A stretch of 64,000 nucleotides of DNA from Perkinsus chesapeaki ATCC PRA-425 (GCA_013115145.1 JAAPAO010000012.1:1-64000), one strand, 5' to 3'; counted from the first letter of the stretch, positions 49,271 to 62,800 are shown. Made by a program: numbers and translations. The notes: a model not told the origin generated them from the letters alone.

Positions 49271-50994
49271 TCACCGCCACAGTACCAGCATTATCTGGAA
49301 GCCGACTGCTTTTATCAAAGTCTTAACCGATGAAAGTCGAAGGCTTCTTTTTGCTCTACTTTTGGGAAACGTGTTTCCCTCTAAAAATGCCATACTTGTC
49401 TCTATTGTTGTTATGATAACTCTCGGGATCGTCGAAGTGACTTCATTCTGTTTTTCGTCGACATTTTGAATGTACGCTCTCGAATGTACTGTTCCGAGCC
49501 TATCCGTTCGACCATAAACGAATGCCTCCACACCAACTCGTCGAATAAATCCATACTCCCGTAGAGTGTCTACAGCATCTCGATAATATCCTTTACAGTA
49601 TATCGGTTTTCACTGCTGGCTGGCTGACGTCTAAGATCTGGTGCTTCTGCTACAAAGCAGTCAGCCAGTTGCTACTACTACTACTGCTACCTCTGATTGT
49701 ATATGCGTAGATTCTAGTGTGGGGTTACAAGAGCACTTTTATAGTGGCTATGTGGTGGTGAACTATTAAATAGCCCTGATTGGCTTGATGATGATGTCGA
49801 CGGTCAAGTGACAACGTTGACGACCTCTACTACCAATGCAGAATATTAGTATCTGTTGTTTGGCAATTTAAAAGGGAATGTAAACTAACGGTGAGTCGGC
49901 TGGCTTTGCTTTTTGATATCATAAGTATGTCAGTTATTTTTTAGGATTTGTTATTAGCTGGTTCTTATTGTTGATCATCACACTGTAAAGAAGCACCTGT
50001 TTTACTTGACTCAAGACCGAGTGGTTTTGGTTGGCGAGCGATGTGGCTGGCATGCTACACTATTATTGATAATCAGCATTAACCTTATAAGCATCCGTTT
50101 TAATACATACTCTTGCCGTTGTTGATGGTATTACTGCTAATATTAACTTTGCTGCTGCTGCTGCTGATCTGTACTATTCAAATTCTTGTATCTTGATTTA
50201 TTCTTCTCCATCTTAATGGTAGCCCCACGAACTGTTATTGTCTTCTAAACTATCAGTTTGGGTGGTGGCCTTGCCTTATCGTTGAACCGTTGGAGCACGA
50301 ATGCCGACTTCATAGAATGCTTTCATGACTGTTGCGATAGACATTGTTTTCATCCATGTTCAACAAATCTGTATTGTTTCATTTGCGGCATCCTAATACT
50401 ACCATTAACAACCCCAGTTTCAGCAGTAACCGCGAGTACTCTAGAGCCGATACACGTGCTACTCGACACCACTCTGAATCGCAGATGTCGAAAGCCATTG
50501 TTCGACTATTGGAGGGCCTACACAGACTTCTCCGGACGGTTAGGCTATACAATAGCATATCCTGTTGCGTTCACTTAGTTGCTTTGGTAAGGGATATACA
50601 TTGAACCTATCTAGAAAACAAACGGTCATCCACGGGTGAAACCAGTCAGGTATTGAGTCAGCGCTTTAAGCTGTGGACAGGATTGTGCTCAACCACCCTG
50701 GAGCACTAGCGTCATCTGATGCTCATTAGATTGTGGTTGTGTAATATGAAGGTCTTTCGCTAATTGTTAGCCCCCCCGGTTGGCAGGGTAACGCCTGTGG
50801 ACACTACATGACAATTTTAGTGTAAATGATCATCTTCGGAGTGGGAATGACCAAAAGGCGAATGGCCGAAGGAGGTATTGCTGGGCAAGACAGCCTCTTA
50901 GTTCGGGTCTACCTTACTATGGGCTGCCAGTGACAGCACCAAAGCCGAGTCCAGGGGTCACCACCTCATACCACCGCAATTTAGTTGTCAACAT
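49271..50994 (-). CDS. Putative multi-exon helical-repeat (HPR/OPR-like) protein
   Basis: Fragments EYSRLLLKLGLLM, IATVMKAFYEVGIRAPTV and YRDAVDTLREYGFIRRVGVEAF. I could not assemble a full model. Confidence 0.3.
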
Positions 50995-51292
50995 GAAGTC
51001 TTATTGTGCTTCGTCGAGTGACAAGTGGAGAATAGATACCCAACAGGAGTGCCATTTGTTCCATACTTGTCATCATTAGTCTCCACTGTTGGCATCCAAC
51101 TATTTAAACACAATATATAGGATGGCCAAACAGAGCACATATACTCAATCTTTCTATTACAGCACACTGTTGCGCCTTCCATCCGTTTATTAAAATTAAA
51201 TCACTGGGTTGAGAGCTCTTCACCAATGTTAGCTCAAAGCCCATTGGTACAGTCAACTGGTGGTACACAACATGGTCGAGTCAGAAACAAGA

Positions 51293-52933
51293 TCACCCCT
51301 TCGTTTTGCATGATTTATCATCATCGTCATCACTCGCATCACCAAGGTCACCAATCTCCAAGCGTCGTTCGATGTCGTAGTCGTTCTCATTATCAAACGC
51401 CTTCAGCAGCTTCTCTTGATCCTCCACGGTTGCCGTTACACCCTTGGAAGACCGCGATACGAAGTCCGGCGGTTCCGAACCTGATCAGAGGAAGCTTCCG
51501 TCACTTGAGAACTGGAGCCCTACCGTCCCAGAAATCCGTGTATTGTGGGAAGTCCTCTGGGCCCATCCAATCGTGTGGTCTCATCAGCAGCGCCTCGAGG
51601 TTCATCTGTGGTAACCAAGTTCGATCAGGTCGCACCGAGCAGCAGTGGCCTACCCTTTCTCGCCTTGTCTTTGTCATGAGGTGGATGACAACCTCGCCGA
51701 CCCGAGCAATGACCCAATCGTCGGCCTTCCTGCCGTTCATCGAAGTCATAACGCCCGGAATCTAACAGGCGGAAATTCCCAACTCCATCGCCTCGTCCTT
51801 ACCTTCAATTCTTCTATAGTTCGAGTGCAGAGGGATCCGAGCCGCCTACCATGCCCACCCGACTGAACCGTGGCTATGATCGCCCACATGCCAACATCGC
51901 GGCGGCCGACCAGGTCCAGGTCCACGACTGTGATATCGAGTGCCTTACTGTGGCCACATGCAAACAACAGTGAATATCTCGCCGACCTGCTCATCCTGCA
52001 ATAAGCGTGTTATCTGCTCGATCGTCGGCATCTCTCCTTCCTAGAAGCCGAGCGTCCCGTTCAGAGCTGCGAGGCTCTTTCTTACCGTCAACTGTATAGG
52101 TTCGTATTCCTCCTCTGGCAGGCTGTCTCTACCGGAATCTTTGTAGTTCCACATGTGTCCCTTGGGCGGCCGAACGACAGGGTCGCGGTAAAACCGCCAC
52201 GAGTCGACGATTCCATCCTGCTCAGCGTCAACTCACCCATCAAACCGACCGCTCTGTCTTACCGGATCTTCCTCCTCCTCTTGCTTTGCCTTGTCCATGT
52301 AGTAGCTTGTCGCCCTCTCTAGCAGTCGTTCTTTATTCTCCAGATAAAACCGTTGCGCCGGGGTCAGTTGTTCCTCCTCGTCATCGCTGTACTGCTCCGG
52401 ATTCACATCGTCTTCGCTTCCTAAAACCAACCTGCATTCTCCAAGCCACACTATGCCACGCACTACCATCATCCTCAATAACGTCAACTTCGGTAGCACT
52501 GGAGGCAGCGGGCACCTGTCGGTCGAGCCTCGACTGGAGCTCAGTTCGAACATCCTCGGCGGTCCTTTCAGACAGTGGCTGGGCCTTCTTAGCGATTTCT
52601 CGCATTTCCTCATCATCAATGTCAAACATCTGCATTTCCTCTGACAACAAACCGCTTTCCTTGCCGCCTGGTAATCGCCTTACCTTCCTCTGGTGTAGGC
52701 TCCTCCTCTGGCGCTCTATCTTCGCCTTCGAAGGCCTCAGCGGTGGCCTCAGTGCCAGTGGTGGTATCCTTTCGCTTGGCCATTTCCTGCAGCACGGCGT
52801 CGAAGGTCTCCTTGCCGCTGCTGAAACACCGTTGCTGAGGGTTGGATGAAAGTAACGGCGCCTTCAGGTGAAGGTGGACCAGTCGAGGGGCCCAGCGGTA
52901 CGCCCGTAGCGGTTGGAGAGGAAAGGAACGCAT
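51293..52933 (-). CDS. RsfS: Ribosome silencing factor RsfS/Iojap (MALSU1-like), mitochondrial-presequence-like N terminus
   Basis: KALDITVVDLDLVGRRDVGMWAIIATV and GRKADDWVIARVGEVVIHLMT...RE...NLEALL. The N terminus is MRSFPLQPLRAYRWAPRL. Confidence 0.85.
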
Positions 52934-53956
52934 AGGAAACAGTTGCCTGAAAACTCGACGTCATCACGGGAAATTGGCCCCCTCTTTGAAGAGTGTTATC
53001 GACACAGTGCCAGCAGGTGAAAGGTGCATGAGTAATACGATTTACTCCACTTCAGTAGAAATACCCTCCCGTTCTTAAGAACGGACCCCCCGCAGTGTTG
53101 CCCCTTTTTCGTCTGAAGAAGCCTAATGAGTAGGACGGGAACGTGGTAAAGGTTCTGATGCCCGGACAGATTGCCAGGGCAAGTTTACTGTGAAACATGT
53201 GTCGGACAGAGTGTTTCAGGAAACGAGCCAAGAATGAGCGCCGGCCTTGGTGGGGGAGTTACCGAGGAATATGCACATCTGTAGGGGCCAAAGTCACACA
53301 CAGCCTTGATAATTGATCAATTTTTAAACACTGGGAGCCTTCCAAGCACTGTGCCGCAACTGCCGAGTGAAGGAGGGACCCTCCGTTGAATTTGAAGAAG
53401 AGTAGCAGCAGTCACTCGAATAGAAGCCAAATTATTGTTCGGGAGCCCCAATTAACGGTATAATGTAAACGCAACAGCCAGTACAGCATGAGACGGCCTG
53501 TTGGTGAAGATGCCCCCGGTTGGGCGGTGCGGGTTGGACGGTGAACCTCATTATTATCATTGACACTAGTAAGCAGGGGCACTACGACGGCGAATCTTAG
53601 CCGACTATTCGGTATGGAGGTCCAGCAGGACACGCTCCCAAGGCACTGGGACTACTGCTGCCATTAAAAGGTTATATAGGCGCAACGAAACAAAAGTGGT
53701 CTTAAAGGCGTAGAGAGAAAAATTATATAATAATAGGATGACAGGATGAAACTCAGATATGAAACTCCGAGTTGCTGTCGAGATACTGCAACACGTTTTC
53801 ATCGCTTTCGCCGCTTATGCGATGGGTCAGCTGCCGCTGCATCGGATGGGCGGTCTCGAGGAGGAGCGCGGAAGCCGAGGGACTTGAGCACTTGCGGATG
53901 GGCGGAAAAATTGACCGGCCTGAAGGTGAGGCGTGGAGTAGGCAAGAGCTGGAAGC

Positions 53957-55746
53957 TTACTCGATGAAGACACCGGCCCACACAGGCCTGGTGTAGGGCC
54001 AGTGGGGCTCAGGGAGCCCTTCATCCGGGTCCACCTTCGTTGGCGCTGCAGGAGACTTCTGCTCCGTCTGATAGGGCAATAATTTGGATACATCAAGATC
54101 TAGGGTACCTTTTGCTTGGCTTGTTGCTCGTGAGCTTGCACTACAGCGGCGGGAACAGCCCAGGCGCTCTTCGCAGCTGCTGGTGCTCCACCTAACATCA
54201 TAACATACCTTAGCGATCAGCATCTTATTGCTGCCAACCTGGGACTGGTGGGGCCATAGTAGCCTGGTAGCCCGGTGGTGGTGGAGGGTCCGGGTGGGCT
54301 AGGGTCGGCGGGGGCGACAACTCCGGTGGAGTTGGGGATAGTGGGAGCGCCTAAAAGGAGGAGTGTTCCTTAAGATGGGCTGCCTCGGCCGGCTACCATC
54401 CAATCCGGCAGCTTTCCTTGATGCTTGGTGAAGGCAGCGAAGTCCACAGGCTGCGCTCGCATGGGGAACATCTGTCGCTGTCGGTTAGGCCCCCAGCCGG
54501 ACAGCAGGCGGCCGTCGAGGACATTGGCGAGGTTGATGGCGTCAACAGGAGTAGTGGTGCAGCAAATGAGGACGGCTACTTCAGTGGACCAGACTTTATT
54601 GAAGGTAATAGTGTGCTGAGGCTCCGGCAAATAGCCGTGTAAGTAGACTGTCTTGATCCGCCCACGGCAGCCGCCTCCGAGCAGACCTCGCCACCAGACG
54701 CTTCGAGTGTCCACTTGATGACCAGGCGGCACTGTGCGTAATTCAGGCTCCCATGAGAGGGGGACAGCGAACACAACGGAGTCCACTGCCCCTAGAGAAC
54801 CCCATGAACGGGGAGATGACTGAGCCGAACGATCGAAGGAGTCGAGCCTGTTGACGCCGGTGACCAGCAGCTGCTCCGTGTCGATACCGATGTTCCTTTG
54901 CGCTATGATCTGGTCGGTTGGGAAGAGACTGCCGTCCGTGGGCTGCACCAGCTGTATTGCAATTTCGATAGTACCGGCGGCAGGTCCCCGAGGGATCCAG
55001 TGAGCACAGAGAGTCCTCTCGGGACCGAGATGGGCACGGAAGAAGGAGACAGCTTGGCGGCAAACTGCTGCGTGGTCAAGTGGCACGGAGTTCACCGGCT
55101 TCCGAGGCAGAGACACCTGGACTTGAATTCGTACCGGGCAGATGACCGTCATCGAGGTCTCGCATCTCATCACCAGCACTCTGTACTTGATGCTCTTAAC
55201 CAGAGCCACCGACAGCGGCTGTCCCGCCCCGCGGTACCGAAACGGTGAGTACCCGCCAGCCATAGCAGTAAGAGCCTCATCGGTCTGCAAAGCCTCTACG
55301 GAGCCTGGTGGCGGTGGCGGTGGGGGTGGTACCATCATTTGGCTTTGCGGTGGAGGAGGCGGGGGAGGGGGAGGAGGAGGGGGCGGCCCACCAGATGGGG
55401 GTGGGGGCGGAGGTGGAGGTTGGCCCGCTGCTTTGCCTGCTGTGATACCCTCTCCGGCGCGGTTTCTATTGCGGTTTCGTCTTCGTCGAGCTCTTGCCTT
55501 TCTACCAGCCGGTTGTTGCTGCTGTTGCTCATCTGCCTTGCCGTCTGGCCCATCGGGGCTCAGCGACTCCTCTTCACCTTCTATCAAGTCATCGTCCTCT
55601 TCCTCATCCACACCGTAATCGGTCTCAGGCGGCGCCATCATGGCGGATTCGGGATCGGCCTCATCCTCGCTCAGGCTGACATACCCCTCTGCTCTCGGCG
55701 GCGCTGCTGCGGCTGATGCGGAGACAGACCCATCAGCCTCACTCAT
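53957..55746 (-). CDS. Proline-rich protein with RRM-like domain(s); 3' end extends further
   Basis: 458-aa first exon with an acidic tract, a poly-Pro tract and RRM-like GRIKTVYL...AVLICCTTTPVDAINLANVLDGRLL. Downstream exons reach at least PEPHWPYTRPVWAGVFIE. Confidence 0.6.
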
Positions 55747-56430
55747 GGGGGGAGAGAGAAAGATTCCTAGAGCTCCAATTAAAGTGCCGCACTCTAACTC
55801 AAAACATCAACGTCCGTAAGGTAAGTTCTCCTTCACCACAGCTGCCATCAACAGTCACTCGCCCCGAAAATACTTCCCGATGCGGGAGAACAAAGATAAT
55901 AACCACCAGTAAGCACCATAAGTGCGACAACAATTTTGTGGCGCGCGACGTTTATTTTGCCGTCGCCACTTGTTTTTCTGCCGGCTTCTGTTCCTTCTCC
56001 TTTAGATTGACCAACGCTGGGAAATCGTTCTCATCGAAAACGAATTTTTTACTGGCCGCCGCCGAGCCACCTGAGAGGCCAAACCCATAGAGCAGCTAGT
56101 ATGAAAGGGTTAATCTTTGAACATAACAGAAATGATACAAAAAACATTCAGTGGATGGATTGGGAGAAATCGAAGGGAAAATTGCCGGAGTTCATAATAC
56201 GATAATAAACACAGTAATATAAAGGATGAGTATGCACCGTGAAGAGGCGGATGAAAATGATCGATAGTACGTGGAAGTTAAGCAACTATTAAGTGCTCAT
56301 AGATCTCCTAATACTGTTTGATTCCTAAGTGATTATTATCTATCTTCGGTCACTTCATAACATTTCTAATTGTTACCAATAGTAACTATAGCAACATTAC
56401 TCCATTTACGCCACACTACCGACCTCAGAA

Positions 56431-59400
56431 CTAGCGCTGATTGAAGCACTCACCTTTATCAGCTTTCGATGACGAGGCCGCCACTGCAGCTCCTCCCTTC
56501 CCTCCAGCTGCCCTTGAAGCCCCCCAAGCTCCTCTGCCCTTGTTCCTCAGCCTCGGCTGGGCGTCCCTAGCCCCCATCACAGCGGCAGGCTCAGTAGCCG
56601 GCGCTGCCGCTTCCGCCCCACCGGAGCCGTTCATTTCCAGATTGCTGGTTGTGCCAGCTTTAACTATCTCTCTGACCAGCCTCTCCGCCTTCTTCACAGC
56701 CTCCTCCGTTCCTCTTATCAAGCAGATCGCCGGGGGCCCACCAGTAGTCCCCTCTGGTGCCCTCTTCGTCAGCTGGACATCGGTGCAGAGCGTTGCCGCC
56801 TGGATCCTGTGCAACTGAGAGGCATGACAGGTCCCTAGGGCCTTCATGATTTAGTACCGTTCGTCCAGATGGTCCCAAGACCGCTGCCACCTTCTCCTGA
56901 GGAACCTTCACCTCCACCGTCTCCATCAGAGCCAGCAGCGCCTTATGCTCGGCAACAGCCCGTCGAAGTAGCTGAGAACATGAGCAGTTACTCCAGGCCG
57001 TCCAGGCTGTTGGTTACTACCTTCACCGCCAGGGCCACCTCGGTAGGCCCCCCGACAACCTTCACGTTCCTACTCTCCCCAGGAGCAGCCTTTCTCGTTT
57101 CATCCACGTGCAACAGTGCCCCCGAGTCTTTCGATATCTGGTGCAGCTTAGCCGCCCTGTTCACCAATAACATGCTGATCACCGCTTCCACCAAGGACTC
57201 GTCCTCCGAGCACTCCTTGAGCGTGTTGAAAATCTCAGCAGTGCCGCTCGTTTCGATGAGCTTGTCTATGAGACCGCGGGCCTTGGTCACGGCCTGCGCA
57301 TTGCCGGTGAGGTCCAGCTGCGGTTCCTCGCCCTCGCCGCCTTTTCGAAGTGTCACCCGGATGAGCCCAGACTTCCGCTGGATGTTCCTCAAGTTCCCAG
57401 TGTCCTCCCACAGATGAAGATGGTCCGGAGCAACCGGGATGGAAGTCGTACCAACCGAGGCCTCCTCCACGAGCTTCTCAATCTCCGTCACCGCGCCATT
57501 TAATTCCTTCTCCAAGCTAGGATCCTTATCCAGCGGCAATAGCACTTGTAAAGTCGTATCAGAGTCCCTGAGTATTGTGCAACCGCACTGTCTCCTTATA
57601 GTTGCGAATCTGCTCGCCAAAGGGGTATGGCCGCCCTGGCCCGCCCCGAACAGCTTGTCCAGCGCCTCCTTATCTGGGAAGCTCACCACGCGCTTGGCCA
57701 CGCTACTGGCGTAGTCCTTGACCATCTTCACTCCAGTGGCCACATCACCAGCTGTCGCCCCTCGCACTGTAACACTGGCCACACCGGTGTTCTTGTGGGC
57801 CTTGGGATCCGGCGCCGGGCCCTTAATCTGAATCTGGCATTTTGACAGACACTCCAGCCTCTTCACATTTTCGCCGCGGTCGCCGACCACGCATTTGGCC
57901 ACTCCCACTTCGAACTTCAGCGAGGTGTCTCGGAACTCCCCCCGCCTGGCCCCACCGCCCTCCCTGTGATCCCCGCCGCCGCCCGAGCCAGCCCGTGGCC
58001 TGGGTCGCTCGTTCACTGCACTGTGGGCTTCCTGGACAGCCTTGGCAACATCCTCCGAATCCGGACCGTATATCGTAATCGAATCGCCCCTCTGATTCTT
58101 AACCATCACCACGCCATGACGGCCCTCCAACTGATGGGCCAGCTGGAACACCCTCCTCCTCACACTGTTGAGGACGTTAGGATTAGTGTTGCCGTTGTCG
58201 GGTATCAGGCTCACCGATCGACTGCAAGTAGGGTTAAAACTGCCAAGTCGTTCTACAGCTGCCTCCACTGCTGTCTCCTCGATCCCAGTCGCCTTCACTC
58301 CCGTAAAAGCCCTTTTATCGCCCACTATAGGCTGTAGACAAACCTTGTACTCCTTCTCCCATTTGTGAGCCAGTGGCCCCGGCCCACTGCTCGTAAAGAG
58401 CAAGTCCAGCAGGTCCCCAGAGATGCTATCCTTTCCAACTTCCTTATGGTGCAACTCCTCCGGTCGCACCGGTGCCTCTCTGCCGATAATCTGTTGCAGC
58501 TTGTGGGCCAATCGAGCGGCCCCTCCGTCCTGTTGGGCCTTCGGAGGCCGACCAGCCTTGGCGGCTGATTCCTTCTGTTGAGCATTGTGATGGTTTTTCT
58601 GCTGCTGCTGCTGTTCGACAGCCAACTTTATGCCGGCCACCCGGTGCTGGAATGCTCGGAAGGCCTCGTGCTCTACCAACCGCTCCAGCTGGGTCTGTAG
58701 CTCGGTCTCCATGGCTTTGGCCTCCTTCACTTCAATAGAGTCACTCTCCTCTTTTCCATCATAAGCAGAAGCCATGTCATATCTGACAACAGGCCAGATA
58801 CTCCCAGTTATCCCCGAGTAGCCCCCTCACATTTGCTGCCTCAGTTGGTCTACGGTGCCCCGGAAAGAAGGCTTCGGCTTCAAACTGGCCTTCTCAGCCT
58901 CCACAGTATGAGCCAGCTTCTTCAGGAACTCCTCGTATGCGCTTCTGCCCGGTTTCCCAGTTTTCAGCGCGTCGGCCTGCGAGTAGTTGAGCTAGTCGAC
59001 GGGTGGAGCGTTCGATCCTACCTCTTTCTCTAGAGCGCCCGCGACCTCTTCGAAATGTTCAGTCGGCCCTTTCGGCACCGGTGGCAGCTTGGATTCATTC
59101 TAACAAGACAAGATACGCGGCTGTTATGCGAAAGGACCCGAGTTCGATCCCCATCAGGGACATCGGCTTACCGGAGCTTCGACGAAGCCAGCGGCAGCCT
59201 TTGCCTTTTGCTCGTTGCGCAGTTTGTTCTTCCTCCTGCGAGCGCTGGTGCTCATAACATAGCCACCGGACGAGACGCTCTCTATATCTTCATCATCCTC
59301 TGGGGTAGGGGGTGGAGAAGGTACGGGTGACTACAAAGGTAATATGAAAGTATCTTGAGGTTGAGCCGGTAAGATACGATGGAGGTCAACTTGCGATTCC

Positions 59401-59461
59401 CTGCTACCTCAGTAACCTCCTCCTGTGGTTTTGGTTTCGGACCTTTCTTCTTATGGCCCAT
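56431..59461 (-). CDS. Multi-KH-domain RNA-binding protein
   Basis: VAKCVVGDRGENVKRLE...IQI, VPQEKVAAVLGPSGRTV and further degenerate KH units. Start MGHKKKGPKPK. Introns at 59100-59171 and 58977-59021 restore the frame. The 3' end is approximate. Confidence 0.85.
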
Positions 59462-59884
59462 GCTTTGTAAAAACTCCAACTGTCCAGCAACAAATCAGAT
59501 CTACCCGATGGTCGTGGAACCAGGGGGCGCGTTCACTCCTTGCGTGGTCAAAAATTGCACGAAAATTTTGACCTAAGTGCAAGAAATGCTCCTGCGCTTG
59601 CTGTTGATGCGGCCCAAGGCTGAGTTTGAAAATATCTTTGACGGACATGAATTGCAAGGTCAAGCTTTGGATACTGGTGGTGTATGGATCAGTATCACTC
59701 CGTTCTGAGGGGTTGGTTAAAGTGCTCTCAATTTAACTCCGGGGGATTGGAGGATTTTTGAATCTCGGGGAAGGGGGGGCGCGGTGGTATCGGACCTATG
59801 CCTTGTGACGAAGAATAAGGATAATTTTCTGACACCTCTAGCTGTACCTACTAACTCATTCCCTCACCTGTCTCTGGTGGCAGC

Positions 59885-62800
59885 ATGTCCGAACCCCCAG
59901 CAGACCAAGGCTCCTCTTCTAATGTGCTGGAAGATACCGTTAATAAGCTGTTTAATCGGCTTTATAACGGTGAAATGAGCACACAGGACCTGGTCAACGT
60001 AAGGGACCATGGGCTGTGGCGGGGGCACCGGTGGAGTAGTTGTCTGTGTCAGATGATGCTCCAGTTCTCGCGTGAGCCTGACGTTGGTACGCCTCCGACT
60101 AACCATCAAATTTTTGAGCATATGATCGTGAATCTCTGCGACGAGCTTAGGTTTATCACTAGGTAGTATCTTGAGGTTGAGCGTGCATATCATGCCCGCC
60201 TTAGATATCCATCGAATGAGCTTCGTATCACTGCAGAGCTTATCGGTCAGTTGCTTCGGTTCGACTTGGTTTCCCAAGTCCATGAAAAGGTCATATTAGA
60301 GACCAAAGAGTAATACCATCCTTCCTCCTCCTCTGCCAGCCTCCCCATGCCCTCCCCACCAGGTACAGCCCGCTACAGATCTGTATGAGGGTCATCCTCG
60401 ACTCTCTTAAGAGACCTCCCTACTCTAGGATGTTCCGCTTTGGCGTACTGCTATATGCTTTATAAAGGCCTTGAGGTTTTGCCAGGTATTAATTATTGAG
60501 CAATTTTTGGACCGCATCGCCCGCTGGCCCCAGCTGTGTGCGGCCCTGGTCTCCGAGCGAGGTGTGGGTCCACAGTTCAAAAGTTGCTACCCAGACTACT
60601 ACAAGTACCGTTTTCGCCCACCACGGGCGCATGGTCGATTATGCTCTTAGTTACCTCGTGGAGCTGCTGAATGCCATTCCCGCGGAGTACCGTGACCGAC
60701 CGGTGATTGATCACTCGCTGTTGCTGCAGCAGTGGATCCATCTCCCACCGGCCCCGGAGCTCTACCCGCCTCCGCTACAGGAGAAGGAGGAGAGGGAACT
60801 GCATGCGGCCAGAGTAGCGGCTTTCAAGGCAGGAAAGCCGATGCCTCCTCCACATAGAGAAATGGTAATGCTTATGGTGGTATATGTGGAGGGCTAACTG
60901 GGCTGTTATTCAGCCCGCGGCTGCGGCACCTGCTACTAGCGGGGAGGCCCAACGGGGATCATCTCCTGAATCCGGTAGCCCACAGCAACGACAACCGCCC
61001 GCTATAGTGCCGGTGGACCGCATTCTCGCTGATGAGAAGGTAAGCCTGAGGCAGAGGGGCTCGGGTTTGGACTTGAAGAGCTTCAGGTGATGGCCGGTAT
61101 TACACCCCCTCCAGATTGGTTCTGTGACATGACCATGCAGACTTTTAACTCGCTTACTCCTCAGAATGTAGGGGAGAAGGCAGCAGAGCTACGAGAGGTA
61201 GTCCAACTTAGACGGTGAAATTATGTATTATATCATATCACTCCCGACCGGCCCTTCACAATGGTTTCTAATGGATACTGTACTGCTCACTGCATGCCTC
61301 TGTCCAGTAGACCTCCTGATTAACAAAGCCTCCTAAGTACTGCATTGCGCTCCCCAAGCCACCGACATCGCATGACGTCACATCTCTACCGATTAGTCTT
61401 GACTATTCAAGTCTACGTGTTGCTCGAATGTTTGCTGATATGCTACTTTGATAAACTTATATGTACTCATTTACTAATGCGTGGTATATTACTTTGTAGT
61501 TTATCTTTTACACTGTAGCTCCCTACTCTTCTGGGGCACTGCATTGTACTGTTTATTACTCTTCCCTAGCCTTCAAGGGGCAAGGCTTCCTTGGTGCCGT
61601 TTCAATCTATATTAGTTTTATATTCTCATTGATGGTAATATGTGCGTCATTTCCCTCAGAACATGAAGCCAGAGTACTTCCAATGGTTCTCTATGTACAT
61701 GGTCAAGAGCCGCGTTACCAAGGAGGTTAACCTCCAACCCTTGTTTTTGCAGGTATACCCACCCCTCCTGCATCGCTCCGCCTTCCCTATTGTCTCTTTT
61801 CAGTTCCTAGACTGTCTGGGACAGAACAAGCTGATAGACTACATTACCCAGAGCACGTTCACCGTGTTACACTTGCTCCTCTCGGACGAGGCTCTGGACA
61901 TGGCGGTGGTCTCCCCGGCCCACAGGACAGCCCTTAAGAACCTCGGAACGTGGCTTGGCAGCGTACGTATTAGTAGTATCTCCCGGGTGAAGCTGTCTGG
62001 TTTCAGATTACCATTGGACGGAATCGGGCTCTCAAGGCTAAGGATTTGGACTTGAAGCAATTGCTACTAGATTCGTATTCCAACGGTCGCCTCACGGCCA
62101 CCCTGCCGCTGGCCTGCAAGATCTTGGAGTCGCTGAAGGACTCTCGGACGTATAGACCGCCCAATCCCTGGAGCAACGCACAGCTCAGCTTGCTGGCGGA
62201 AATCCACGATGTAGGGGGAACGCTGAGATGAGGCTGATGAGGAGGAAATTAGCAGATTCCGAACCTCCGCACGAATTTGGTGTTTGAGATCGAGCTGTTG
62301 GCGAGGAAGTTGGACCTGTCGCCGTCCTTCCGGGAATACAAGAAGACAGATCTCCTAGCAGGCAGGAATATGCCGGAGGGTAGGCGAGGATAGTTCGGGG
62401 CGTAGGGGAAGTTGCGGTATGGCAGATTCACCTGATATCTCTAGAGGGCCCCATCCTATTGCGGCAATGGCCCAGAATCGAGTAGAGCCGCAGCGGCCGC
62501 ATCCGTCGGCCCCGCCGATGGGAGCCCAGCCGGCAGCCTCGCCCCAGGTCGACTTCTCCCAGCGCATTGCGAACGCCATGAACATGGCCAATCTGCGTCA
62601 GCAACAACAGGCTCAGCAAACCTCCTCGCCGCCCCAGCCGAGGATGCAGCCGATGCCTTCTGCCCCTCCTCAGCGACCGATGCCGCCGGCTCCAGTGCCG
62701 TCCGTGGCTGCTATGCAACCAGCTAGCTCCTTTGCGGCCCAGGCGCAGGGTGCTCAACAACAACAAGGAGGGGGAGGAGGAGAAAACGAGGGCTTCATAT

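Noticed and set aside
52978-52989. 12-mer cccctctttgaa shared with the palindrome at 160-190
   Set aside because: Shared 12-mers are expected by chance in 64 kb, and the flanks do not align.
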